From a virus (Duplodnaviria > Caudoviricetes): a DNA stretch of 24,743 nt. This document shows positions 8,001 to 16,405 of this stretch, one piece after another. The position numbers and the translations under genes are program-made. The stretch is taken from positions 1-24,743 of the IMG/VR virus record IMGVR_UViG_3300032269_001651; one strand, given 5' to 3'. How positions within the stretch are numbered: position 1 is the stretch's first letter; each line of letters begins with the position of its first letter. The notes below the pieces were generated by a model. It was not told where the DNA came from. It did no database searches and saw only the letters and a list, made by a program, of their open reading frames with translations.

Positions 8001-9057
8001 ATGGAAGGATATGCTCTCCGGCTTCAAAGACCTCTATTTCAAAACGCTGACCGAAGTGGCATCGCGCCCAATTATGGATGCGCTGCTCGGCCAAAAAGAT
8101 GCCAGCGGCCAGCGCAGCGGCGGCGTGCTTTCCGGCATTATCTCATCAATTTTCGGCGGTGGCGCAAAAAGTGGCACTAGCGGTGCAGGCGGAGGCGGCA
8201 ACGGTACATTCCTTGGCTTTGGCGGATTGCTCGGCCAGTTATTCGGCGGCGGTCAGCAACAGCAGCAAACATTGCCTTGGCTGAAACCGCAGCAAACGCA
8301 GCTTCCTTGGCTTCAACCGGCGAATGACAATTTTGGACAGAACCAAGGCCAATCGCTTGCTCAATCTTTCGGAGAGGAAAGTGCTGGCAGTAGCGGCTTT
8401 CTAGGTCAGCTCGGCAATCTGTTCTCTCCCTCCGGCGCGGGCGGCGGTTTTCTCACTAACCTGGGTGGTCTGTTTAGTTCCGCTACGTCCGGGCTGTCGG
8501 GCGTTTTCAGCGGCCTTGGCGGGCTATTCTCCGGCCTGTTCGGTGGCGGTGGTTTTGGGGGTGGCGGTGGTATTATGTCACTCATCAGCACAGGAATCAG
8601 CTTGCTCGGTTTCTTTGCCGATGGCGGCTCGGTTGGCGCACATACACCGATTATCGTGGGTGAACGCGGGCCGGAATTATTCATCCCGCCGGTGGATGGC
8701 GAAATCATTTCCAACAACGTGTTCAGCAAAGCCTCACGCGCCGCCAACGATAATATCCCGCGTGGCATGTCCAAGGATATTGTCGCACTGGCTATGGCAG
8801 GCAAGTTTGGCGGTTATCGTGCGGGTGGCGGGAGTGTCACGGCGGGCATGAGTTATGCCGGCGGCGAACGCGGCCGTGAACTCTATGTGCCGAATTCTCC
8901 GGGCGGTGCTTCCTCCAACGATAACAACCAGCAAGGCGATACCATCGTAGTGAACCTTAACGTCAACACACAGGATGCTGCTTCTTTCCGTCGCAGCCAA
9001 GGCCAGATAGCCGCCGATGCCGCGCGTGCGATTTCTCGGGCTAAACGGAACCTTTAG
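5077..9057 (+). CDS. Tail tape measure protein (TP901-like core), 1326 aa
   Basis: FE..LANI.KTT, AAAAGQLG and F.ETIAKL core motifs; hydrophobic central segments; aromatic ~11-residue periodic repeats; C-terminal ADGG..GERGPEL and SFRRSQGQIAA motifs. Exact start uncertain (see findings). Confidence 0.93.
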   Translation: MESRLVVTIDGRGAQAGARDTNNAIDSVRKNARDMTQQLENSFNNLKQSLFSVGGAIAGIGIGDFVRRAIGSFVEFERGLANISKTTDITGQALQDLGGQIIDMSKRIPVARDQLVNIAAAAGQLGVEGSANILKFTETIAKLQFASNLSGEEGATILARVLNVSGEDISTVDRLASSIVYLGRSSAATESEIAHMVIELSKGTAQFKIASANLVGLGTTLREFGQQPELARSSILRTFLELKSAIDSGGGKLKELSLLTGMTGEQFKKTFQQDAFGAFLVFIGGLKSVIEQGGNAEKVLAGLGLNGTEINAVLPLLAVNYDKLRQRVSEANKAYQDNTDLNNVAQKAFDTTAGKIQLLKNAFNEFLRKIGEEAAPAFNQLLDKLIIFANSDAALVFGKALAAVLQLIADNAGLLGIALGLIAVNRTISFFSLLSTVGLSTARALRAGTIEAVANATGMAEASRSANLYMITGEKIASSTGKASIATKVAAAGIYLFNSALSLIGINGPAVVTTLTNMGTAIYGFIARLAATEAVSAAAAIGMEGLSVAVGALGIAFDILLGPIGLVILAITAIIAVFELYKDTIVNIGPLNTSVGNIVQATWNVVSQRVGDSLSQIGNFIKNGLNSAINAAESAFSGLSDAVSNVWEAIKDAASNAFDAVGEAVGNAASSVLDYFGGLLEPVASVFSGIYDAISTAIKAAAEYIAEAVNAITGIFQSMYDAVAGVFQNLKNTIVDTFSGVIDYFRGLVDDIVGEANRLQRETDKAKSGSTDKAADSAAPSPATSTAPPKIPVPKVDLNALNQLTNKAGKGTGSRKSLEDDLKKLRNNSDDKLADSGLDELGKRLNDVDQAIRDTVGGYDKLTAAQRQNVADTKAQIATDFQMEQSRREIKKLIEDTLTPQEKYNKAIDELNKLQPQTAQGFEAIRRKAEELRKELEAQDPVLKENKRLTEQFNNDFEGAFKNGLQSVFTKGKAGWKDMLSGFKDLYFKTLTEVASRPIMDALLGQKDASGQRSGGVLSGIISSIFGGGAKSGTSGAGGGGNGTFLGFGGLLGQLFGGGQQQQQTLPWLKPQQTQLPWLQPANDNFGQNQGQSLAQSFGEESAGSSGFLGQLGNLFSPSGAGGGFLTNLGGLFSSATSGLSGVFSGLGGLFSGLFGGGGFGGGGGIMSLISTGISLLGFFADGGSVGAHTPIIVGERGPELFIPPVDGEIISNNVFSKASRAANDNIPRGMSKDIVALAMAGKFGGYRAGGGSVTAGMSYAGGERGRELYVPNSPGGASSNDNNQQGDTIVVNLNVNTQDAASFRRSQGQIAADAARAISRAKRNL

Positions 9058-9250
9058 ACTTCGGCACTTGCGATTTGGTAAGGCCATATTTTCTACTCAA
9101 TACGTCCTCGGCCAATCGAGCAATCGTCCTAATCAGCTCCACCTTTTCTTTATCGGTTAGATCGAACTCATCAATCTCCGGGCACTCCTCACGGTAACGC
9201 GCCAGCAGTTTTTCTTCATCACCCCAAATAGGGGCTGGTTCCTTTGCCAT
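9041..9250 (-). CDS. Small antisense hypothetical protein (69 aa, MAKEPAPIW...), moron-like
   Basis: GGAGG SD 8 nt before ATG 9250 on the - strand; fills the TMP-DUF2460 gap; ~46% GC by hand count; charged helical sequence. Confidence 0.7.
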   Translation of the reverse strand: MAKEPAPIWGDEEKLLARYREECPEIDEFDLTDKEKVELIRTIARLAEDVLSRKYGLTKSQVPKSKGSV

Positions 9251-9286
9251 ATTCTTATCCTCCATTTTATTGAGTGAATCCAAATT

Positions 9287-9886
9287 ATGCCAGCATTTGA
9301 CGAAGTACAGTTCCCGCCTGACATTTCCTACGGCGCAAAGGGCGGGCCGGAATTCTCCACCGATATTGTGGAAATGTTCTCAGCCAAAGAGCAGCGCAAT
9401 ATCAACTGGAGCCAATCCCGCGCCAAATACTCCGTCTCGCATGGCGTAAAAACGCCTGTCCAGCTGGATGACCTGATTGCGTTTTTCCGCGTCCGGCAGG
9501 GTCGCGCCATTGGCTTTCGCTTCAAGGATTGGACGGATTATCAGGCGTTGGCTCAAAATCTCGGTACTGGCAATGCGGTGATTACGCAGTTCCAGTTAGT
9601 AAAAAAATACACCAGCATCAATACGGTCACGCGCACCATCTTGAAGCCGGTCAATAACGGGTCGCTCAAAATCTACCTGAATGCCGTGCTGCAAAGTAGT
9701 GGCTTCACGATGGATTATACCACTGGCATCGTAACTTTCGCTACCGCGCCCGGTGCGGGCGTGGTTGTCACCGCAGACTTTGAGTTCGACGTGCCGGTGC
9801 GCTTCGATACCGATTATCTTGACCCCAGCATTGACGATTTCGGCACGCGCAGCTGGGAAAGTATTACCCTCATCGAGCTAAAATAA
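9287..9886 (+). CDS. Distal tail protein, DUF2460/TIGR02217 (RcGTA g12-like)
   Basis: F.EV.FP.DISYG..GGPEF.T.I, FF..R.GRA.GFRFKDW.D, FQLVK.Y and F.FDVPVRFDTD signatures. Confidence 0.93.
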   Translation: MPAFDEVQFPPDISYGAKGGPEFSTDIVEMFSAKEQRNINWSQSRAKYSVSHGVKTPVQLDDLIAFFRVRQGRAIGFRFKDWTDYQALAQNLGTGNAVITQFQLVKKYTSINTVTRTILKPVNNGSLKIYLNAVLQSSGFTMDYTTGIVTFATAPGAGVVVTADFEFDVPVRFDTDYLDPSIDDFGTRSWESITLIELK

Positions 9887-10728
9887 TGCGCTCTACCAGC
9901 CCCACCTATAACACTCATCTGCTGAGTGAAGTGACGACGCTTGCCACATGCTGGAAAATCACCCGCACCGATGGCGTGGTCAAAACCTATACCGATTGTG
10001 ACAAGGATATCCTTTATGCCAGCAACCTTTATTTGAGCATTGTGGGTTTCACGCCGTCGAGCATCGAATCCAAAGACGATTTTTCTGTTGATAACGTGGA
10101 TGTGCAGGGCGTGATGCGTACTGGCTACCTCACTGCGCCGGATCTGATGGCAGGGCTTTACGATTATGCCGAAGTCGAGATTTTCCAAGTGAATTACCTC
10201 GACCTGACGCAAGACCGCATGAAACTTCGGCGTGGGCATTTAGGTGAAGTGCGGATGCAGCGCGATATGTTCACGGCGGAATTGCGTGGCCTGGCGGAAT
10301 TGATGCAGCAGCATATCGGCCAGCTTTTCAGCCCATCCTGCCGCGCCATTTTAGGCGACACGCGCTGCAAAGTGAATATGGCATCCTTTACCTTCGCCGC
10401 CACGGTCAATACCGTTACCAGTAGCCTGATTTTCTCATCCAACGCTTTGACGCAAGCGGCGGGATATTTCACTGGCGGCGAAGTGCGCTGTCTCACTGGC
10501 GCAAATGCTGGCTTGAAACGTGAAATCAAGGAATTCGCCAACAAGCAAATCGTGCTAGCGCTGCCGATGCCTTACGCGATCGCCGGTGGCGACACCTTCA
10601 ATGCTTTGGCTGGATGCGACAAGATTTTTAGCACCTGCAAAACTAAATTCAGCAATGTGGCGAATTTTCGTGGTGAACCGCATGTGCCGGGTACTGACGC
10701 TATGCTGAAAACTGCTGGAACGATTTAA
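9886..10728 (+). CDS. Baseplate hub protein, DUF2163/BR0599 (RcGTA g13-like)
   Basis: TAATG coupling; TTLA.CW.I.R.DG, F.AELRG, C.A.LGD.RC and GCDK...TC..KF.N..NFRGEPHVPG motifs (four putative Fe-S Cys). Confidence 0.93.
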   Translation: MRSTSPTYNTHLLSEVTTLATCWKITRTDGVVKTYTDCDKDILYASNLYLSIVGFTPSSIESKDDFSVDNVDVQGVMRTGYLTAPDLMAGLYDYAEVEIFQVNYLDLTQDRMKLRRGHLGEVRMQRDMFTAELRGLAELMQQHIGQLFSPSCRAILGDTRCKVNMASFTFAATVNTVTSSLIFSSNALTQAAGYFTGGEVRCLTGANAGLKREIKEFANKQIVLALPMPYAIAGGDTFNALAGCDKIFSTCKTKFSNVANFRGEPHVPGTDAMLKTAGTI

Positions 10729-10730
10729 CC

Positions 10731-11195
10731 ATGACCACACCGCAAGACATCATCCGCGCCGCGCGCGGCTGGATAGGTACGCCGTTTCATCACCAAGCTC
10801 GCGTTAAAGGCGTTGGCGTGGATTGCATCGGCTTACTCGTCGGCATCGCCCGCGAGCTGGAATTAACCGATGATAAAGGATTACCGCTGGCTGATTATGA
10901 CCAGCCAAATTATTCCCCCCTGCCGGATGGCCGAGGGCTAAAAACGGCAGTTTCCCTGCATTTATTGGAGCTGGCTTCGGCAGGGGAGGCCTCGCTGGGG
11001 GACGTCTATCTGTTCCGGTTTCAGCAAGACCCGCAGCATGTCGGCATCCTCTCCGAACTGCCCGATGGCGCTGCCAGCATCATCCATTGCTACTCCAACA
11101 CCGGCAAGGTCGTTGAGCATCGCCTGAATGACACATGGCGCAAGCTGATCGTCGCCGCTTACCGATTTCCTAACCTTCAACCTGACACGACATAA
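10731..11195 (+). CDS. NlpC/P60 cell-wall peptidase (RcGTA g14-like)
   Basis: AR.WIGTPF.HQ....GVDC.GL, H.GI and IIH motifs giving the catalytic Cys-His-His set. Confidence 0.92.
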   Translation: MTTPQDIIRAARGWIGTPFHHQARVKGVGVDCIGLLVGIARELELTDDKGLPLADYDQPNYSPLPDGRGLKTAVSLHLLELASAGEASLGDVYLFRFQQDPQHVGILSELPDGAASIIHCYSNTGKVVEHRLNDTWRKLIVAAYRFPNLQPDTT

Positions 11196-11198
11196 TTT

Positions 11199-14100
11199 AT
11201 GGCTGGCGTAGTATTACCTGTAATCGGCGCTGCCGCTGGTTTTGTTATCGGTGGGCCGCAAGGGGCTGTCATTGGTTTTGGCATCGGTGCGCAGCTCGGC
11301 GGCACGTTCGGTAGCAATTCATCCGTGACCCTGCCCACCGTCGAAGGGCCGCGCCTTTCGGACTTGCGCATCCAGACCTCCAATTATGGCAAGGTCATTC
11401 CCGAAGTTTACGGACAGGGGCGCTTGGCGGGAAACGTCATCTGGGCGCGGCCGATAAAAGAAGTGCGCGTGGAATCCACCACCAGCACCACTCAGCACGG
11501 CGGCAAAGGCGGTGGCGGGAGCAGTGCCACGCAGACGCAAACACAGGTGTCCTACGAGTATTTCACCACGCTGGCGATCGCCATCTGCGAAGGGCCGATT
11601 GACGAGGTAGTGCGTATTTATGCCGATGCCAAGATTCTCGATGATAGCTTGCTACAGGCCAGCCAAGGCAAATACACCGTTTATAACGGCACGGAAACGC
11701 AATCGCCCGATCCGGTGATTGAGAGTTTTGAAGGCGCAGGCAGTGTGCCTGCTTACCGTGGGCTGGCCTATGTCGTCATTCAGGATTTTCCGCTGGCAGC
11801 ATTCGGTAATCGCATTCCTAACTTCTCCTTTGAGGTGAAGCGCAATGTCCGTTTCGTTCCTGCGGTGGAAGATAAAGTCACCGACTTGGTGCTGATTCCG
11901 GGCGCGGGAGAATTCGTCTATTCGCCGACCATTATCTATAAGCAAAACACGCAAATAGCAGGCGCGCAAGTGGTGCCTTCCGGCCCGCAAGTGCCGCTCA
12001 ATATGCACAATTTCGATGCGACGGCCAACGTCAATGTCGCCATCGACCAGCTCAAGAAAACCTTTCCCAACCTGCAATGGGTGGCGCTTGTTGTTACCTG
12101 GTTTGCCACCTCCACCGATGCCGGCACATGCACCGTCATCCCGAAAGTAGAATCTCCTGCCAGCACCACCACCTTCACGCCGCAGGATTGGAGCGCGGGC
12201 GGATTGAACCGTGCTTCCGCGCAACAGGTGTTGCAGTTTGGCGACGGCACGCCCACTTATGGCGGTACACCCTCCGATCAATCCGTTCTCGACCTTTGCG
12301 TCAAGCTCAAGGCGATGGGGCTGAAAGTCATGCTTTACCCCATGATTTTCGTCGATCAGATTACCCCGGTTTCTAAACCGTGGCGTGGACGCATTGCGCC
12401 TGCCAATGCCACCGATTGCAATAACTGGTTTACCAAAACCAATGGCTATAACGCCTTTATCAACTGGTACACTGGCCTGAATATCGGCGGCGTTTACCTC
12501 AAAAACAATATCGACGCCTTCCTGATTGGCTCCGAGCTGATCGGCATGACCAACTACACCCCATCAGCAGGCAGTTATCCCGCCGTCACGCAGCTGGTGA
12601 GCCTTGCCGCAACCGTCAAAGCAGCGCTACCCGGCACAGTAAAAGTCGGCTATGCCGCCGATTGGAGCGAATACCATCATGCGCCGGGCGGCTGGTTCAA
12701 CATGGACCCGCTCTGGGCCTCCACCAATATTGATTTTGTCGGCATCGATTCTTATTTCGCGTTAACGCCCGACCTGCCGCAAAGCCAGATCACTGAAACC
12801 GTCATCAAACAATACTGGGAGGCAGGCGAAGATTGGGATTATTACTGGAATAGTGGGCGCACGGTGCAAACTAGCTTCGGCGGCGATCCGACCTTTGCCG
12901 TAAAGAATCTCGAATACTGGTGGTCGCATACCCACACCAATCCTGTCGGCGGCGTAACTGCTTGGACAGCGAAAATGAAGGAAGTCTGGTTTACTGAGTT
13001 CGGTTTTCCTAGCGTCGATGGCTGCACCAACCAGCCCAACGTCTTTTATGACCCGTCATCGGCTGAATCCTTCTTCCCGCGCGCTTCCAAAGGCCGAGTG
13101 GATTTTCAGGCGCAGCGCATCGCGCTCAACGCGACACTCGATTATCTGGCAACGCGCAATGCGATGAGCGGCAAAAGCGGCTTAGTGCCGCGCCGCTTCA
13201 TCTGGTCGGCGGATGCGCGGCCATATCCATTTTGGCCTGACCTCACGAACGTATGGGCAGATTATGCCCTCTGGAAAACCGGCCACTGGGTCAACGGCAA
13301 GCTCGGTACGTCCACGCTCGGCGCCGTCATTGCGCTATTTCTGCAAAAGGTGGGCTACCAATCCACCGATTATGATGTGACGCGCCTCACGCAAAGTCTG
13401 GATGGATATGTTGCCTTGCAGGTGATGAGCTGCCGGGAGCGCATCGAGCAGCTGCAAGCCATGTATAATTTTGATGCGGTGGAATCGGACGGCCTCACTA
13501 AATTCGTGCCGCGCGGCGGGCAGTCCATTGCCAATATCGCGCAAGATGAGCTAGTGCCTGGAAGCCAGAACGGAAACCAGCGCGAACAGGTGGAAATCAC
13601 GCGCAAGCAGGAGCTGGATTTACCGCAGCAGGTGAGCATCACCTATATCAGCCGCACCGCCAATTACGACCCCGGCACACAGCTATCGCAGCGGCAAACC
13701 GTCAAAGCCACCGACATTGTAGGCATCAACGTGCCGGTGATATGCACTGACCAATACGCTAAAAGCATTGCCGACATCACGCTATATAATGCCTGGGTAT
13801 CTCGGGTAGCCTTCAAATTTAACCTGCCGCCTAAATATTCACGCATCGAGCCGACCGATATTATCACACTGGCCGTTGATGGCGTGAACTACGTCATGCG
13901 CATCACCTCTACCAAAATTGAGCGCAATGGTCTGATGGAAGTGACGGCGATAGCGGAAGATGTTTCTACCTATGATTTTTACACACCGCCCGGTGTTACC
14001 CCGCCTATCACGCAACCCGGCACGATCATCCCCGGCACACGGCTGGAGCTGATCGACATTCCGGCATTGCCTAACGATACTGACCCGGCAGGCATCCTGC

Positions 14101-14963
14101 GCGCGGGCGTCGTATCGCAGGGCGAGAACTGGCAAGGCGCGGTGATTTACCGTTCCGATGATGGTGGCGTAACGGGCGGCAATACCTTCCTCGTGCTCTC
14201 CGCGGTCAATACCGAGCATACGATAGGAGGCGCGTTAACGCTTCTGCCGGCGGGTCCGGCAAACAATGTCTGGGATCGTAGCAGCACGGTGGATGTGCTC
14301 TTGCAGTATGGCACACTTGCCAGCATCACTGAACTGGGCGTGCTCAATGGCGGCAATGTGGCGCTCATCGGTAACGAGGTGATTCAATTCGCCAACGCAC
14401 AGCTGCTGGCTAACCAGAAATACAGGCTCTCAACGCTATTGCGCGGAAGGATTAGTACCGAGCAGGAGCAAAGCACACATGTCCTGGGTGAACGATTTAT
14501 CCTGCTCACGGCGAATCTGGTGCGCGTGGCGCTGCAAAACAGCCTGATCGGGCTCGCGCGCCAGTACAAGCCGGTATCCATCGGCGGCACGCTGTCAACG
14601 ACGCCGGAGCAGACCTTCACCTATACCGGAAAAACGCTCAAACCCTTTTCGCCTGTCCATATCACAGGTTCGCGCAGTGCCGGCGATCTGACTATCAACT
14701 GGAAGCGGCGCACCCGCATTGGCGGGGATTGGCGCGATGGCGTCGATGTACCGCTTTCCGAAGAGTCGGAGCGTTATGAGGTGGACATTATGAGCGGCGT
14801 GACGGTGAAGCGCACCATCACCGGCCTGACTACGCCCACGGCGCTTTACACTTCCGCGCAGCAGGTAACGGATTTTGGCTCGGCTCAATCGAGCCTTCTG
14901 GTGAATGTCTATCAACTTTCAACGGCAGTTGGTCGGGGTTATGCAGGCGTTTCTACCGTTTAG
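11199..14963 (+). CDS. Baseplate multidomain protein 'megatron' (GTA TIM-barrel plus phage tail domain; RcGTA g15-like)
   Basis: EGPRL.DL, IP.VYG..R..GNVIWA, PAYRGLAYVV, IPG.GEF, YGGTPSD, PWRGRI, IGSEL, YAADWSEY, WFTE.GFP.VD...NQPN.F.DP, W..DARPYP and GHWVNG motifs. Confidence 0.95.
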   Translation: MAGVVLPVIGAAAGFVIGGPQGAVIGFGIGAQLGGTFGSNSSVTLPTVEGPRLSDLRIQTSNYGKVIPEVYGQGRLAGNVIWARPIKEVRVESTTSTTQHGGKGGGGSSATQTQTQVSYEYFTTLAIAICEGPIDEVVRIYADAKILDDSLLQASQGKYTVYNGTETQSPDPVIESFEGAGSVPAYRGLAYVVIQDFPLAAFGNRIPNFSFEVKRNVRFVPAVEDKVTDLVLIPGAGEFVYSPTIIYKQNTQIAGAQVVPSGPQVPLNMHNFDATANVNVAIDQLKKTFPNLQWVALVVTWFATSTDAGTCTVIPKVESPASTTTFTPQDWSAGGLNRASAQQVLQFGDGTPTYGGTPSDQSVLDLCVKLKAMGLKVMLYPMIFVDQITPVSKPWRGRIAPANATDCNNWFTKTNGYNAFINWYTGLNIGGVYLKNNIDAFLIGSELIGMTNYTPSAGSYPAVTQLVSLAATVKAALPGTVKVGYAADWSEYHHAPGGWFNMDPLWASTNIDFVGIDSYFALTPDLPQSQITETVIKQYWEAGEDWDYYWNSGRTVQTSFGGDPTFAVKNLEYWWSHTHTNPVGGVTAWTAKMKEVWFTEFGFPSVDGCTNQPNVFYDPSSAESFFPRASKGRVDFQAQRIALNATLDYLATRNAMSGKSGLVPRRFIWSADARPYPFWPDLTNVWADYALWKTGHWVNGKLGTSTLGAVIALFLQKVGYQSTDYDVTRLTQSLDGYVALQVMSCRERIEQLQAMYNFDAVESDGLTKFVPRGGQSIANIAQDELVPGSQNGNQREQVEITRKQELDLPQQVSITYISRTANYDPGTQLSQRQTVKATDIVGINVPVICTDQYAKSIADITLYNAWVSRVAFKFNLPPKYSRIEPTDIITLAVDGVNYVMRITSTKIERNGLMEVTAIAEDVSTYDFYTPPGVTPPITQPGTIIPGTRLELIDIPALPNDTDPAGILRAGVVSQGENWQGAVIYRSDDGGVTGGNTFLVLSAVNTEHTIGGALTLLPAGPANNVWDRSSTVDVLLQYGTLASITELGVLNGGNVALIGNEVIQFANAQLLANQKYRLSTLLRGRISTEQEQSTHVLGERFILLTANLVRVALQNSLIGLARQYKPVSIGGTLSTTPEQTFTYTGKTLKPFSPVHITGSRSAGDLTINWKRRTRIGGDWRDGVDVPLSEESERYEVDIMSGVTVKRTITGLTTPTALYTSAQQVTDFGSAQSSLLVNVYQLSTAVGRGYAGVSTV

Positions 14964-15081
14964 TTGCCGTACATCAAGGCGCAAGCAGGTCAATTAGGTG
15001 GTCACAATATTCACGGCTCATTGTCAGCGCTCATAACGAGTTGCACCGCACCAACATAGTTTTAACTCAGGAAAAGTAAAG

Positions 15082-16020
15082 ATGGCCAACACCACGAACA
15101 GGGTGAAGCTACCCTATATCCTGCAATCGCAATCGCAGAAGGAAGTCACTCATAATAGCGGCCTCGATCTGATTGATGCGCTCTTGCAGGCCGCATGTGT
15201 CAGCGTGAGCGTCAATACGCCTCCCGGCTCACCAGTGGCAGGGGATTGCTACGTTGTCGGCACGTCACCTACCGGCGCATGGGTAGGCCAAGCAAAGACA
15301 GTGGCATTTTATACTACCGGCTGGAACTTCATAACGCCGTGGGAAGGGCTGACGGTGTGGGCGAACGATACCAACGCGCTCAACACATACGATGGCGCGG
15401 CCTGGGGGCTTACCAGCAACCCAACCTCATTCCAGAATCTTACCATGCTGGGCATCAATGCTACCGCTGATGCCACCAATAAACTGAGCGTGAGCAGCGC
15501 AGCGATATTGTTCAACAATATCGGCAACGATATGCAGGTGAAGATTAATAAGAACGCTGCCGGTGACAAGGCCAGTTTCTTATTCCAAACCGGCTTTTCG
15601 GCGCGGGCGGAATTCGGATTGTTAGGCGATGACAATTTTACCCTGAAAGTCTCGGCCAACGGTTCCACATTTTTCAACTCCCTCAAAATGCTGGCCGCAA
15701 GTGGCCGCGTTGCGCTGAAAGCCAACGGTTCAGGATTAACCGCAGCCGGCACTACGCAAGGCACTGCGTTAGCTATCACGAATCAAACCAATGAATTCAC
15801 CACCGTTGCGGCAAGTAGTGGCGGCATTCTGCCATCGCCGGAACAAGGCGAATTTATCTTTGTGGCGAACGCCGGGGCGAATGCCTTGAGCGTCTATCCA
15901 GCCACCGGCCACAGTATTAACGCGCTCGCGGCGAACACCGCATTCTCATTGGCGGCAGGTAAAAACGCCCTGTTTTGGGCTGCCACCGCTACGAAATGGT
16001 ACGTCATTCTCTCTGCCTAA
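15082..16020 (+). CDS. DUF2793-domain tail fibre/receptor-binding protein
   Basis: LPYI..SQ.QKEVTHN..L..ID, PP.SP..GD.Y.V...PTGAW.G, G.NATAD..N.L.V and FQTGFS.RAEFGL.GDD.F..KVS motifs. Confidence 0.88.
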   Translation: MANTTNRVKLPYILQSQSQKEVTHNSGLDLIDALLQAACVSVSVNTPPGSPVAGDCYVVGTSPTGAWVGQAKTVAFYTTGWNFITPWEGLTVWANDTNALNTYDGAAWGLTSNPTSFQNLTMLGINATADATNKLSVSSAAILFNNIGNDMQVKINKNAAGDKASFLFQTGFSARAEFGLLGDDNFTLKVSANGSTFFNSLKMLAASGRVALKANGSGLTAAGTTQGTALAITNQTNEFTTVAASSGGILPSPEQGEFIFVANAGANALSVYPATGHSINALAANTAFSLAAGKNALFWAATATKWYVILSA

Positions 16021-16045
16021 TAACACACTAACCAAAGGAAATGTT

Positions 16046-16393
16046 ATGGAAGATCAACTCCTACAGGTAGGAGCGGGCGGCATGTTCGCACTGTTCGTTT
16101 TGCGCGAAGTATTCAGCTTCTTAAAAGAGCGCCTTCGTACCCAAAACAATACGCAGCTGGACATCATCGCCAGAGAAATCCACGAGCTGCACGAGTGGCA
16201 TGCTGTCACCGACGAAGACGGTGTAAAAATCTGGTATCTGCGCCGCTCGCTGGAAAACGCCATCGAAAAGCTGACCCATAATCTCGATATGCAAACCCAG
16301 CTGCTGCGCGAAATGGTCTTAAGCATGAAGGAAACCCGTTCCGATATGGAATTGTTTATGCGCGAAACCCGTCGTCAACGCGAACATTCATAG
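16046..16393 (+). CDS. Putative holin-like membrane protein (single N-terminal TM plus coiled coil)
   Basis: AAGGA SD; hydrophobic VGAGGMFALFVLREVF segment; immediately upstream of the endolysin. Confidence 0.55.
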   Translation: MEDQLLQVGAGGMFALFVLREVFSFLKERLRTQNNTQLDIIAREIHELHEWHAVTDEDGVKIWYLRRSLENAIEKLTHNLDMQTQLLREMVLSMKETRSDMELFMRETRRQREHS

Positions 16394-16405
16394 CAGGAAT
16401 CAGCC

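Noticed and set aside
8320-8757. tmRNA gene or fragment suggested by ANDN-coding sequence
   Set aside because: In frame within the TMP, with no terminal AA-stop tag end or tRNA-like ends visible.
9287-14963. Calling the element a gene transfer agent
   Set aside because: The very long TMP, non-RcGTA neck and tube genes, and linked fibre and lysis genes indicate a phage.
14964-15081. 118-nt spacer before the tail fibre as an ncRNA, invertible site or DGR element
   Set aside because: No convincing hairpin or repeat partner found by eye, and no invertase or reverse transcriptase in the window.
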